From Fimbriimonadaceae bacterium (lineage in GTDB: Bacteria > Armatimonadota > Fimbriimonadia > Fimbriimonadales > Fimbriimonadaceae): a stretch of DNA of 64,000 bases. Made by a program: the position numbers and the translations under genes. Below the pieces are notes generated by a model. It did not search any database, was not told where the DNA came from, and saw only the letters and a program-made list of their open reading frames with translations. Positions within the stretch are counted from its first letter, which is position 1. Every line of letters starts with the position of its first letter. Positions 29,723 to 39,032 of this stretch are shown in pieces. Location of the stretch: positions 10,381 through 74,380 of the forward strand of contig DASXZH010000075.1 of assembly GCA_036502005.1 (NCBI GenBank). Reading direction: 5' to 3'.

Positions 29723-30600
29723 CCTTCGCGGCGAAGCGTGTCCCTAATGAAGTCCATCAAGGGCCGGTTATTGGGCAGAAGCGCATATCGCCCGCCCACC
29801 TTTTGGCATTCCGCCGCAATGCCCTCGCAGTGCGTTTTCAAGTTCTTTCTATAAGCCTCAATCGCCGCGCTGTTTGCCGTAACTTCAACCGTGACGCCGC
29901 TCTCAACATCGATCAGCTTTAGGTCGCCTTCCATGTCCGGATCAAGTTCTTCGGCGCTCAAGATCTGCACAAACCAAACCTCGTGCCCCCGGGCAGAAAG
30001 AACCCGGATGGATTGCCTAATCGATGGATCGAGTCCATCGGAGGCGATAACCACCACCCCCGCCCGCAACGCGCTCCCCGCAAACTCCTTTAGGCTTTGA
30101 CTCAAGACCTGATCCCCGTCCGCCGTTTGCCCATTTAACCAAGCGGCAAACTTCGGATAGGAGGATCGCGACCGAATCGCGCGAGGCGGCTGCTGACGCT
30201 TGCCAATCACCCGCGGATTCAAAGCATCCTGCGCGTTCAAAGCTGCCAATGCAAGCGCAGCCAGTACTTTACAAGCGGCACTTAACTTCAAAGGGTCGCC
30301 GAAGCTCATCGAAGATGAGCAGTCCAGCGCCAAATAAACGGCCAAGTCTTCCTCGTCCTGGTAGGTCTTAATCACCGGCGACTGGAGCCGCGCTAAAACG
30401 TTCCAATCCAGATGGCGAAGATCGTCCCCGTGGCTGTACTCGCGGTAATCCGCAAACTCTATGCTGATGCCCTTCCTTTTCGTTAACCGTTCGCCACGCA
30501 CTCGGCCTGAAAAAGTCTTGCGAGTGTTGAAGCGCAACCGTTCGACCGCCCGCATTTCGGACGGTTCCAGAATCAGCGAAAGGGCGTTTTCGGAAAGCAA
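29707..30600 (-). CDS. DUF58 domain protein
   Basis: FADYREYSHGDDLRHLDWNVLARL is the DUF58 signature. It sits in the standard position after MoxR. Confidence 0.85.
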   Translation of the reverse strand: MLSENALSLILEPSEMRAVERLRFNTRKTFSGRVRGERLTKRKGISIEFADYREYSHGDDLRHLDWNVLARLQSPVIKTYQDEEDLAVYLALDCSSSMSFGDPLKLSAACKVLAALALAALNAQDALNPRVIGKRQQPPRAIRSRSSYPKFAAWLNGQTADGDQVLSQSLKEFAGSALRAGVVVIASDGLDPSIRQSIRVLSARGHEVWFVQILSAEELDPDMEGDLKLIDVESGVTVEVTANSAAIEAYRKNLKTHCEGIAAECQKVGGRYALLPNNRPLMDFIRDTLRREGWLST

Positions 30601-30602
30601 AC

Positions 30603-31604
30603 TTAAACCCGGATAGGATCGCGGTCGGCGCGCTCGGCGTGCTCTACTACATCGGAAAGGATTCGATCGGGCGACATGCCATCCGCCTCCGCTTCAAAGT
30701 TCAGCAAAATGCGGTGCCTTAGCGCCGGCTTAACGGCCTTGTTCAGGTCCTCTTTGGCCAAGTTGTAGCGACCCGCAAGCAAGGCATAAGCCTTGCCAAT
30801 CGTCACAATCGACTGCGCGCCACGTGGGCTGGAGCCAAACCGGATATAGCGCTTAGCAACGTCTGAAGCTCCTTCTGAATCCGGATGGGTGGCCAGCACG
30901 ATCGAAAGCGCGTACTGCAACACCGGCTCCGCCACCGGAACCTCCCGCAAGATCTTCCGCATCTCCAATACCGCGTCTTTCTCAGCAACAGGCTCCAAAT
31001 CCGAAGGGTCCTTCCCTGTCGTTCTTGTAACGATATCGGCTAGCTCGGACCTGGAAGGAAACGGAACCAAGAGCTTCATCAAAAACCTGTCCAACTGGGC
31101 TTCCGGCAACGGATAAGTTCCTTCCTGCTCAATCGGGTTCTGGGTCGCCATCACCAAAAAAGGCTCCTCCAAGACATGCCGCACCCCGCCAACCGTAACC
31201 GAACGTTCCTGCATCGCTTCCAACATCGCCGACTGGGTCTTCGGCGTCGCTCGGTTGATCTCGTCAGCCAAGATCAGATTGGCAAAAATCGGCCCCCGCC
31301 TAAACTCAAATCCCTTGGAGCCAGCGCCCGTATCGGCAAGAATGTTCGTTCCCGTCACGTCCGCCGGCATCAAGTCCGGGGTGAACTGAATGCGGTTAAA
31401 ACTTAAATGCAAAGCTTGGCTGAGCGAGCGGACCAGCAAGGTCTTGCCCAAACCCGGCATGCCTTCCAAGAGCACATTTCCGTTGGCGGCAAGGCCAATA
31501 AGCACGCCTTCCACAATGTCTTCCTGGCCCACAATCGCCTTGCGCACTTCGGTGCGCACGCTGTTAAAAGTGTCTCTAAACCACTGCGCTTTCTGTTCAC
31601 TCAT
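30603..31604 (-). CDS. MoxR family AAA+ ATPase
   Basis: Walker A GMPGLGKTLLV, FNRIQFTPDLMPADVTG, and Walker B/sensor ILADEINRATPKTQSAMLEAMQE. 333 aa. Confidence 0.9.
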   Translation of the reverse strand: MSEQKAQWFRDTFNSVRTEVRKAIVGQEDIVEGVLIGLAANGNVLLEGMPGLGKTLLVRSLSQALHLSFNRIQFTPDLMPADVTGTNILADTGAGSKGFEFRRGPIFANLILADEINRATPKTQSAMLEAMQERSVTVGGVRHVLEEPFLVMATQNPIEQEGTYPLPEAQLDRFLMKLLVPFPSRSELADIVTRTTGKDPSDLEPVAEKDAVLEMRKILREVPVAEPVLQYALSIVLATHPDSEGASDVAKRYIRFGSSPRGAQSIVTIGKAYALLAGRYNLAKEDLNKAVKPALRHRILLNFEAEADGMSPDRILSDVVEHAERADRDPIRV

Positions 31605-33232
31605 TGTCCACCTTCCTGCAACGAATCGAAATAATCTTTCACCCTCTTCTGCTGATCGGGCGGAATCTGCTGACGGTCAAGCGCCTGCTCGGCCTGCTTG
31701 CGATACTGCTTAAAAACTTGAACGTAAGGAGTGCGAGATTTTGATCCCACCCCGCTCGGCCCCTTAACCTCGATGTAGGTCTCCGTTCCCTGCGCTGCCC
31801 TTTCCCCCCTAATCGCGCGGGGATCGGACTTTGCTTTAATATCGTGAGGGTCTTTTGAGAGTGGAATCTGGTGCGTGTTGGCAAAGTTAACCTCCGTGCC
31901 GTTACCGGGACCAGGAACTCCCATCGAGGGAAGGTTGAACAGACCCAAACCTATGCCCATCTTGTCGCCGCCCAACTGCATGTTCTTAAGCGAATCTTCC
32001 ATCTCCTTTATAAACTCTTGCATGGCTTTGTCATCTTTAAGCCTATCGGCCAAAGCCTCCAACTGCTTCTCCATTTCCTTGATTTGTTGCTTTATCTGCT
32101 CCATCTGCTCTTTCGTAAGAGTCGGCTGTTGGCCGGCTTTCCCAGATTGGGCATTCTTCTGCATGTCCTGCAACATCTTCATGAGTTTCTGCCACTCCGG
32201 CTGGGCCGCAAGCTTGGCCATCATATCCAACACTTTCTGCGAGTATTTGACCTGCGAAAGCTCTTTCTCCAACTCCTCCATCTGCTTGGAAAGCTCCATC
32301 TTCTTCGCTTCCGAAAGCTTGTTTCCATGATCGTCTTTGCCGCTATTTAACTGCTGCTTAAGCTTGTCGATTTGGTTTTGTAAATCCTGCGCGGCATTGG
32401 GAGGAACTGGATTCTTCTCAAGGTTCTTAAGCAGGTTCGGGTCCACATTCATACCCTGCGCCTTAAGGGCATCGGCTTGCATTTTGTCCAGCGCATCCTG
32501 CGCCGAATCCATATCTTTCTGGCTTTCTGTGTAGTCCGACTTTGCCATGTCATCCGCCTTGTTGACCAAGTCGTTTGCCTTCTGCATTGCCTCAGGAGGG
32601 CTCAAACGGGCTTTCTTAAGCTCATCCCGATACTGCTCCAACTGATTTGCTAGCTGCTTCTCATCGGACGTCTTGTCAACCTTGTCTAGCAATGGCCTCG
32701 CAACCCGCTCTACAACCGCCGCCTGCTCCTTAAGCTTTTCCCGATCCGCCTTCTGTTGGCTGTTCAACAGCAGCGGGCTGTTACCCATCAAAAAAAGTGC
32801 TGCCGCGATGATCCCGCCTAGGACCAGCGCACCATGCCAACGGGAAAGTCTAATAGGATAAACCTTGGCCGCCTTAACCCGCTCCAAACTGGCAAGGGCG
32901 TCCTGCTGCTGAACCTCCCGAAATGAAGAATCCAGCCCCGAAATGCTCGTGCTCAGCCGGTCTTCGAGCTTCCCACGTCGGTCGATACTGCTTGCCAGGT
33001 CCTTTTCCTTTAGCCTCAACAAGACTCCGATCAGAGCGCCAACGAACGCAGGCACCAAAACCGTAAGCAACAAATACGGCCACTCCGTATAAAACACACG
33101 AAAGAAATCCAGGGCTGCCCAAGTCAAAGCCAAAACGGCGCCAGCCGTGCCACCGATGGCAAAACCGGCCCACGCCCTCACCAGCCGAACCCGGATGGCA
33201 AATCGCTTCAAAGTAGGGCTAAGTTGGCTCAT
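31601..33232 (-). CDS. membrane-anchored coiled-coil protein, unknown function
   Basis: 543 aa. Three N-terminal hydrophobic helices, then about 300 aa of K/E/Q/M-rich heptad-like sequence (KQMEELEKELSQVK, EQMEQIKQQIKEMEKQLEALADRLK). ATGA overlaps on both sides. Confidence 0.6.
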   Translation of the reverse strand: MSQLSPTLKRFAIRVRLVRAWAGFAIGGTAGAVLALTWAALDFFRVFYTEWPYLLLTVLVPAFVGALIGVLLRLKEKDLASSIDRRGKLEDRLSTSISGLDSSFREVQQQDALASLERVKAAKVYPIRLSRWHGALVLGGIIAAALFLMGNSPLLLNSQQKADREKLKEQAAVVERVARPLLDKVDKTSDEKQLANQLEQYRDELKKARLSPPEAMQKANDLVNKADDMAKSDYTESQKDMDSAQDALDKMQADALKAQGMNVDPNLLKNLEKNPVPPNAAQDLQNQIDKLKQQLNSGKDDHGNKLSEAKKMELSKQMEELEKELSQVKYSQKVLDMMAKLAAQPEWQKLMKMLQDMQKNAQSGKAGQQPTLTKEQMEQIKQQIKEMEKQLEALADRLKDDKAMQEFIKEMEDSLKNMQLGGDKMGIGLGLFNLPSMGVPGPGNGTEVNFANTHQIPLSKDPHDIKAKSDPRAIRGERAAQGTETYIEVKGPSGVGSKSRTPYVQVFKQYRKQAEQALDRQQIPPDQQKRVKDYFDSLQEGGQ

Positions 33233-34821
33233 GCAGCAGCTACCACGGGAGGAACGTCTTTCCGTTTCTCCAAAACTAAAACCCCAAAGCCTAATAACAG
33301 CATGCAGGCCGCATAGATTGGGGAAAACAACTTGCCCTCATTTGAAAACAGCGGATAAAGGATGTGCAGTGCCCAAGCCCCGCCCACGCCGTTCCCCATG
33401 TACTGATAGCTCATCGCCGAGTTTATTAGCGAGATTAGAGGCGCCGGCAACGCGACAATCAATACCAGTGCGCCTACAAATCCCGTCCGGGCCGCTTTCA
33501 GGGTCGATGTCCGGGAAGATATCGTTCGCCCGATGCACCACCACATGACAAAGTAAGACAAGCTCCATAGAGCCATGCAATAGGGCGCCATTGTATAGTT
33601 TGCGCTTGAACCAAATGTAGCGCTTCTCGCGGGAAAGGCGCCCATCATTGGCCCTGAGCTCATGGTTGTCCCCGCAATCGCTTGCCCAATAAGCGCTCCT
33701 CCCGCAAGCGCAGCCCACAGTAGAATCGTGTAGGGCAAGCTGCCGGAGGGATTCGACCAGAAAGCATTTCGGAACGAGAACCTGCCGTCGTTGCGATACT
33801 TCTGCCCCATATCTGTTCCGTAGCTGTACATATACGGCATAAGGAAAAAGAGCAAAACCGTAACGACGCCAATGAAGCCGGCAGTAAACTGGGCCCCGCC
33901 AAGCCCGACCGAAACGTTATTCAGAGCCCAGCAACCACCCACCGAGAGAGCAAAAAGGTAAATCAGGCCGTAAACTCGAAGCTTTTTCGTCTCCGGCGCG
34001 CGATGGAAACTTAAGGCTGAACCGGCGCCCAGCAGGCAAAGCTTGCTGATCAAGAACGCAATAATCCCGGCCGGGATCCAGTTTGGAATGTTCTGGCCCA
34101 AAAACACACAATGGCTGGGCCCGACTAAACCTGCCGTAAAAGGAAACATGCCCACGTACCAGGGCATCACGGTGGGGTCGCGCATCATGCTCATCGCAGT
34201 TCCCGATCCAGCGAACATTCCAGCCACCACCAGATAGCCGATGACGCTTAGGTAGGTCCAAAGAATCGCCGCCGCCATGCTCGAGATCAGCAGCCCTAGG
34301 GCAGTCATCACGATGCCCGAAAATGACAGGATCGCGTAGGCGGAAAGAACGTCGCTCCAGCTTGCGCCGCCCATCACCACGCAGAGCGAGGTAATCGGAA
34401 GCGACAGCACCAGTAACATCCACAAATACCGGTAGCTGCTGATCATCTTGCCGACCAAGAGCCCCTTCATGGATACGGGGGCCGAAAATAGCAGATCTAG
34501 GCTCCGCCGCTGACGCTCGACCGGGATTGTCCCCGCCGTAAGCGCAGGCGTGATCACACAAACGATGACCGCCATCCAGATCATCATCGTTTGATAGAAC
34601 TGCTGGAGCTGATCCTGAACCTCTGAAACCGACATTACAGCGCCGTTTCGCTGGATGCCATCGTAAACAAAATAGGCAACCGCAAACAACAGCGCCAGAT
34701 AAACGCTCCATAGCCAGAGCGCTTTATTGCCTCTTAGCTGAGCACGAAAATCGCGCTTGGCAGTTGCGTTATCATAATAAGCCCGAAAGCTATTCAACAA
34801 ACCTGCGCGAGTAAAGGCCAC
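33229..34821 (-). CDS. large polytopic ABC-2-type permease-like membrane protein
   Basis: At least 10 hydrophobic segments. I prefer the GTG at 34821 (VAFTRAGLLNSF), directly after the ATPase stop, over the ATG at 34893, which overlaps the ATPase gene by 71 nt. Confidence 0.6.
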   Translation of the reverse strand: MAFTRAGLLNSFRAYYDNATAKRDFRAQLRGNKALWLWSVYLALLFAVAYFVYDGIQRNGAVMSVSEVQDQLQQFYQTMMIWMAVIVCVITPALTAGTIPVERQRRSLDLLFSAPVSMKGLLVGKMISSYRYLWMLLVLSLPITSLCVVMGGASWSDVLSAYAILSFSGIVMTALGLLISSMAAAILWTYLSVIGYLVVAGMFAGSGTAMSMMRDPTVMPWYVGMFPFTAGLVGPSHCVFLGQNIPNWIPAGIIAFLISKLCLLGAGSALSFHRAPETKKLRVYGLIYLFALSVGGCWALNNVSVGLGGAQFTAGFIGVVTVLLFFLMPYMYSYGTDMGQKYRNDGRFSFRNAFWSNPSGSLPYTILLWAALAGGALIGQAIAGTTMSSGPMMGAFPARSATFGSSANYTMAPYCMALWSLSYFVMWWCIGRTISSRTSTLKAARTGFVGALVLIVALPAPLISLINSAMSYQYMGNGVGGAWALHILYPLFSNEGKLFSPIYAACMLLLGFGVLVLEKRKDVPPVVAAA

Positions 34822-34822
34822 G

Positions 34823-35752
34823 TTACTGAACCGCCCCCGTCGTAATCCGCAAGAACACGTCTTCGAGGTCTGCCTGCTGCTCTCGGAAATCAAGCACCTT
34901 GTATTTACTTCTGATCAGCGCTTCCAAGAGCGTAACCTGGTCTTCCAGGGTTCCAGAGAACGAGAGACGAACCGTATCTTCGCCAAACCGCTCCGCCAAA
35001 CTCACATGAGGTTGGTCCATTAAAAATCCAATCGCGTGCTCGGATTCCAGCAGGAAACGGATATCCAAAGTTCGCGTTAGCTGACCGCTCTGAACAATCT
35101 CGTTCACCGGACCAAAAGCGAGCATAACGCCGCGCTCGATGATCCCCACCATATTGCAGAAATCCGCTAGTTCGGGCAGGATGTGCGATGAAACGATGAC
35201 GATTTTGCCCATTCGGCCAAGTTCGATAATGAGCTCTTTCAGCTCTGCTCGGGCGCGAGGATCGAGACCGCTCGCGGGCTCATCCAACAGCAAAAGCATC
35301 GGGTCGTGAACCAAGCATCGGGCCAAGCACAATCGCTGCTGCATACCGCGCGAAAGCGTTTGCACAAATGCGTCTCGCTTAATCGTGAGATCGGTCAGCT
35401 CCAGAACGTTGGCGATCACGTCCGGCCGCTGCTTGGCGGGAACCTGATAAATGTTGGCAAAGAAATCCAGATATTCCCAAACTTTGACGTCGTCATAAAG
35501 CCCGAAAAAATCAGGCATATAGCCGATGTGGCGGCGAACTTCCATCGGGTCCTTGTTGATATCCGCCCCGTTCACAATCGCCGTGCCCGCCGAAGGCTCA
35601 AGCAGGGTTGAAATCATCCGGATGGTCGTCGTCTTCCCCGCCCCATTCGAGCCAATAAAGCCAAAGATATCCCCCGGATTGAGCGTGAAGTTCATGTTGT
35701 CCACGGCCATCAGATTTGAATAAGATTTGGTTAAACCTTTAACTTCAAGCAT
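34823..35752 (-). CDS. ABC transporter ATP-binding protein
   Basis: Walker A GSNGAGKTT, signature LSRGMQQRL, Walker B LLLLDEPASGLD. Confidence 0.9.
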   Translation of the reverse strand: MLEVKGLTKSYSNLMAVDNMNFTLNPGDIFGFIGSNGAGKTTTIRMISTLLEPSAGTAIVNGADINKDPMEVRRHIGYMPDFFGLYDDVKVWEYLDFFANIYQVPAKQRPDVIANVLELTDLTIKRDAFVQTLSRGMQQRLCLARCLVHDPMLLLLDEPASGLDPRARAELKELIIELGRMGKIVIVSSHILPELADFCNMVGIIERGVMLAFGPVNEIVQSGQLTRTLDIRFLLESEHAIGFLMDQPHVSLAERFGEDTVRLSFSGTLEDQVTLLEALIRSKYKVLDFREQQADLEDVFLRITTGAVQ

Positions 35753-36602
35753 TGTTCATTTTCCCTGCAAGGCTGTTCCGGCGTTCACGAATAGAGGCGA
35801 TGGCTAGCAACAGAAACATCAAAGTAAGGCTCCCGTAAAATAGGAGCTGCATCGGCGCGGTGTACATTCTTCCCGCATGGTGCGGCCCACCTCCTAAATA
35901 AGGAGCAGGGTTTTCGATGGACATGACATAGAAGGCGGTCATAAATGGGTGCGTCCAAAGCAGATACTCCCCGCTGTTGCTTTCGTTGCCCAAGGTTGGA
36001 ATGATAGCGACCAGCATCGGCCATAGAATCATCCAAACAAAAAGGATCGCGTAAATGGTCGCTTGGGCGCTAAAGGCCCGATTCATTAACGAAGAGATGA
36101 AAATCCCGAGGGCAGCAAAAGCGATCCCAAACCCGATCGAGGCGGTCTCGCTGGCAAGAACCCCCCAAAGTTGGTCATGAGGGGCGTAATTCTCCTTGCC
36201 GAACGAGCAAATGATCACGATTGGCAAGAGCCCCACGGCCACTGCAAGAACGACCGAAATAGCGCTAAGAAATTTGCCCAAAATGATTTGGGTCTTGGAA
36301 ATCGGAGCAACCATAAGCATGTCCCAGCTTCGGCGTTCCCGTTCCCCGGCAATGGCGCCAAAAGTGACGGCGGGGACGATGAAGCAAAAGAGGAACGACT
36401 GAAATAGCGTAATGTGCTCCGCCGTTAAGGAGTTCATGTTGGCAAATGCGATGCCCACGATCGATAAGTAAATTACGGCAAGAAGGAAGATCAGCGCCTT
36501 GTTGGTTGTCTTGCTCTTTGAAGCTCCGACAAACTTCCGCCAGAACCGGCGCGCTTCCACCAGCAGCGGGTTTTCGGTGAAGTTCTGGCTAAACCAGCTC
36601 AT
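35745..36602 (-). CDS. ABC-2 family permease
   Basis: 285 aa with six hydrophobic segments. 8-nt overlap with the ATPase gene. Confidence 0.7.
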   Translation of the reverse strand: MSWFSQNFTENPLLVEARRFWRKFVGASKSKTTNKALIFLLAVIYLSIVGIAFANMNSLTAEHITLFQSFLFCFIVPAVTFGAIAGERERRSWDMLMVAPISKTQIILGKFLSAISVVLAVAVGLLPIVIICSFGKENYAPHDQLWGVLASETASIGFGIAFAALGIFISSLMNRAFSAQATIYAILFVWMILWPMLVAIIPTLGNESNSGEYLLWTHPFMTAFYVMSIENPAPYLGGGPHHAGRMYTAPMQLLFYGSLTLMFLLLAIASIRERRNSLAGKMNNA

Positions 36603-36687
36603 GAGTTCCCTCCAAGCTTCTCAATGAGACCCCCATAGGCGTTAAATTAAGGTTGGGAGCGCTACTTTCAAAGGTGCGTAGCTCGCG

Positions 36688-36837
36688 CCTCTCCCGGTTC
36701 GCGGACTCACCGACCTCTCCATCCGGGAGAGATTTGTGGCTGCGGAAATACCAAAGTTGCCTTATTTTAATGGATATGCGGATAACCCGTCGCCCCTCTC
36801 GGGCGGAGGGGCCGGTGAGTCCCCGAACCGGGGGAGG
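36688..36837. repeat. 33-nt imperfect inverted repeat with local hairpins
   Basis: CCTCTCCCGGTTCGCGGACTCACCGACCTCTCC (36688-36720) versus GGAGGGGCCGGTGAGTCCCCGAACCGGGGGAGG (36805-36837): 29 of 33 positions complementary. The left copy also folds locally (CTCTCCCGG / CCGGGAGAG). Confidence 0.7.
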
Positions 36838-36881
36838 TCCCGAGGAAACAAACCTGGGAACAATGGGCAATGGAAACCAGT

Positions 36882-38966
36882 TCACGAGCTTCCTCCAAGA
36901 GTTTCAACAAGCTGCATCGTCCCCCCGATCACTTCCGTTCCGATCGGCGTGCCGGGATGAAAGCCCGATATTGTCCCGCTCAGAACGAAACGGTCGCCCG
37001 AAATCTCTGATGCCAACTGGCTTTCCGCTTCCCAAGCATCGCTTGCCGAGCCGGGGCCGATTTGAACGGTTTGGCCAGGAAGTAGCGCTTTATCGGTCGC
37101 GCCATTCTTACCGAACCCTTGAACCTTGATATGGTCTATTCGGTAGGCGCTAAGATTGGTGATCTCGCCCTTAAGTCCGTCGTCTGTTTGCGTAATCTTG
37201 CCGGCAACCCACTTTTGACCATCAAGTTTTTGGCCCATGCTGAACTCATAGAAGCCCAAATTGGAAGATGTTAAGTTCGGCACAAGGATCTGGCCAACGT
37301 CAATTGGATTTATATTATTCGACCTTCTCGAACCAGGACCGCGATATCTCATGCTGGGATAACCGTCCTCCAACTCGTTACCTGGCGCCAAAAAGTCGAC
37401 GTCGTGTAGCTTTAGGTCGTACCCGCCGCTGTGGGGAAAAAACATTTGAACGCGCCCCAAATAGTAAGAAAAATCCGACCGGCTGTCGGCAAGGACAATC
37501 CCGTTCGTTTCCTTCGAAAGGCCCGTTCCGTAAAGGCTGCCCGCGAACTTAAAGAAAACCATGGCGAAGGCAATGCTGATGACGGGCGCGGTAAGCCAGG
37601 CCCACTCACCCCTTTTAAGCCGCCTCAAAATAAGCAGGTTTAGAGGAACAACAACGGCCACATAAACGAGCAAAATCTCAAAGACCGTCTTCGTTTCCGG
37701 TAGCTTCATTTGGAAAGGATTGCGCTGTTGGCCCGAATAGTAGGGCATCGCGGGCGTGACAGGGCCGCTGTAGGTCGTTCGGTAACTGCCCGTTGTGGTC
37801 GTAATAGAACCTGTTGTGGTCGTGGTCGTAGTTGAGGGCCCGGTGGAGTAAACGGTGGTAGAACCTGAGGGGCCTGAATAGCTGAAGTACGGACCGTTAG
37901 GACCTCCGCCAATGCCAAACGCTGTGGCATCCACCATTTCAGTTGCCGGAGCCGTTCCCTTCAAGTTCAAAAAGGCCTTAAAGAACTCGCCTCTGTTATC
38001 CAAATCTCTAAAAGGTGATTCAAAGGGGTCCGCCGCGAAGTACAGCACCTTTCCGGCTCCAAAGGGCCGGCTCGCCACAATCGGGTTTCCGTGATCGCTA
38101 TCCAGAACCTGGGTCCCACTGGCCTTTTGAGAAGAGGCGACCGTAATCGAATGGTCGATGCTCGTCGAGAAGTCGTCAAACTCCAGGTCGAGCTTCGGCA
38201 GAGTTTTGGTTTCAACGTTCTTAACAGGCAGGATTTCTTGCCAGCGCGGATCCCGCAATATCTGGGGCGAAGCTCCGCCAAAAAACACCAGCGTGCCGCC
38301 ACAAAGAACATATTCCTTTAGGGCCTTCGCTGCGGTATCGCTCATCCTTTCCGAACCGGGCCCTAACAAAACAAGCCAAAAGCCTTGGTAGCCAACACCC
38401 CGATCGGGCAGGATCTTTGGCTTACCGTAAATGTCCGATAGGGTCATTTCCGAGCCGGGGATCTTGATGCCCTTTAAGTAGTTTACGGAACCGCCCTCGT
38501 CGGCGATCATTAAAACCTGTGGCCCCCCTCCGCTAAGGTTGGTGTTATCCCATTCGGAGTCGATGTGGCCGTTATCGGTATCGAGCTTTAAGTCGAGGGG
38601 TTCGTAAAGTTGGGCGATATCCGGGTAGGCGACAAACTCCTTTCTGGAATGGGAGGGTAAGTTGACCGGGTAATGAATGGTCCCGTTGGGCGTGCCGAGA
38701 GTCACTTCCCCCTTCGTGCTGGGCCCAACATTTTGAACGTCGATTAGGAGTGGAAAATGCTGGGTCGGGTTTGCACCCGGGAATAGTGAGGTTGCGTAAA
38801 CCTGTAGGTTCTTTTGTTGAGAAAACGCCGCGCAGGAAATGAGCAGGGCGCAGACGCAAGCCGCCGTTCGGATTATGCGGAACCGATGCCCTGTTACTAT
38901 CCCCACATGCTTGCCCTTGATATGTAACGTAATAGTAGAACGTTGGTTTATACCTGTAACGTTCAA
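36882..38966 (-). CDS. large hypothetical membrane protein with poly-Thr linker
   Basis: 694 aa. Signal-like RTAACVCALLISCAAFSQ, a Thr-rich stretch (STTTTTTTGSITTTTGS), and central TM helices (VFEILLVYVAVVVPLNLLIL, WLTAPVISIAFAMVFFKFAG). The start codon is uncertain. Confidence 0.6.
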   Translation of the reverse strand: MNVTGINQRSTITLHIKGKHVGIVTGHRFRIIRTAACVCALLISCAAFSQQKNLQVYATSLFPGANPTQHFPLLIDVQNVGPSTKGEVTLGTPNGTIHYPVNLPSHSRKEFVAYPDIAQLYEPLDLKLDTDNGHIDSEWDNTNLSGGGPQVLMIADEGGSVNYLKGIKIPGSEMTLSDIYGKPKILPDRGVGYQGFWLVLLGPGSERMSDTAAKALKEYVLCGGTLVFFGGASPQILRDPRWQEILPVKNVETKTLPKLDLEFDDFSTSIDHSITVASSQKASGTQVLDSDHGNPIVASRPFGAGKVLYFAADPFESPFRDLDNRGEFFKAFLNLKGTAPATEMVDATAFGIGGGPNGPYFSYSGPSGSTTVYSTGPSTTTTTTTGSITTTTGSYRTTYSGPVTPAMPYYSGQQRNPFQMKLPETKTVFEILLVYVAVVVPLNLLILRRLKRGEWAWLTAPVISIAFAMVFFKFAGSLYGTGLSKETNGIVLADSRSDFSYYLGRVQMFFPHSGGYDLKLHDVDFLAPGNELEDGYPSMRYRGPGSRRSNNINPIDVGQILVPNLTSSNLGFYEFSMGQKLDGQKWVAGKITQTDDGLKGEITNLSAYRIDHIKVQGFGKNGATDKALLPGQTVQIGPGSASDAWEAESQLASEISGDRFVLSGTISGFHPGTPIGTEVIGGTMQLVETLGGSS

Positions 38967-39032
38967 TCAGGGTTTCACTTTTTTCTGGGACTTGTCTGAG
39001 GGCTTAAGTTTGCGTGGCAGGCATTCGGGCTT

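Noticed and set aside
31871-32350. 159-aa and 151-aa plus-strand ORFs inside the coiled-coil gene
   Set aside because: They are Leu/His/Phe-rich low-complexity mirror translations of the K/E/Q-rich minus-strand gene, which is embedded in the operon by ATGA overlaps.
33917-34711. 264-aa ORF in an alternative frame inside the large permease gene
   Set aside because: It is Arg/Gly/Pro-rich, typical of off-frame translation of GC-rich coding DNA. The overlapping frame encodes a coherent polytopic membrane protein within an operon.
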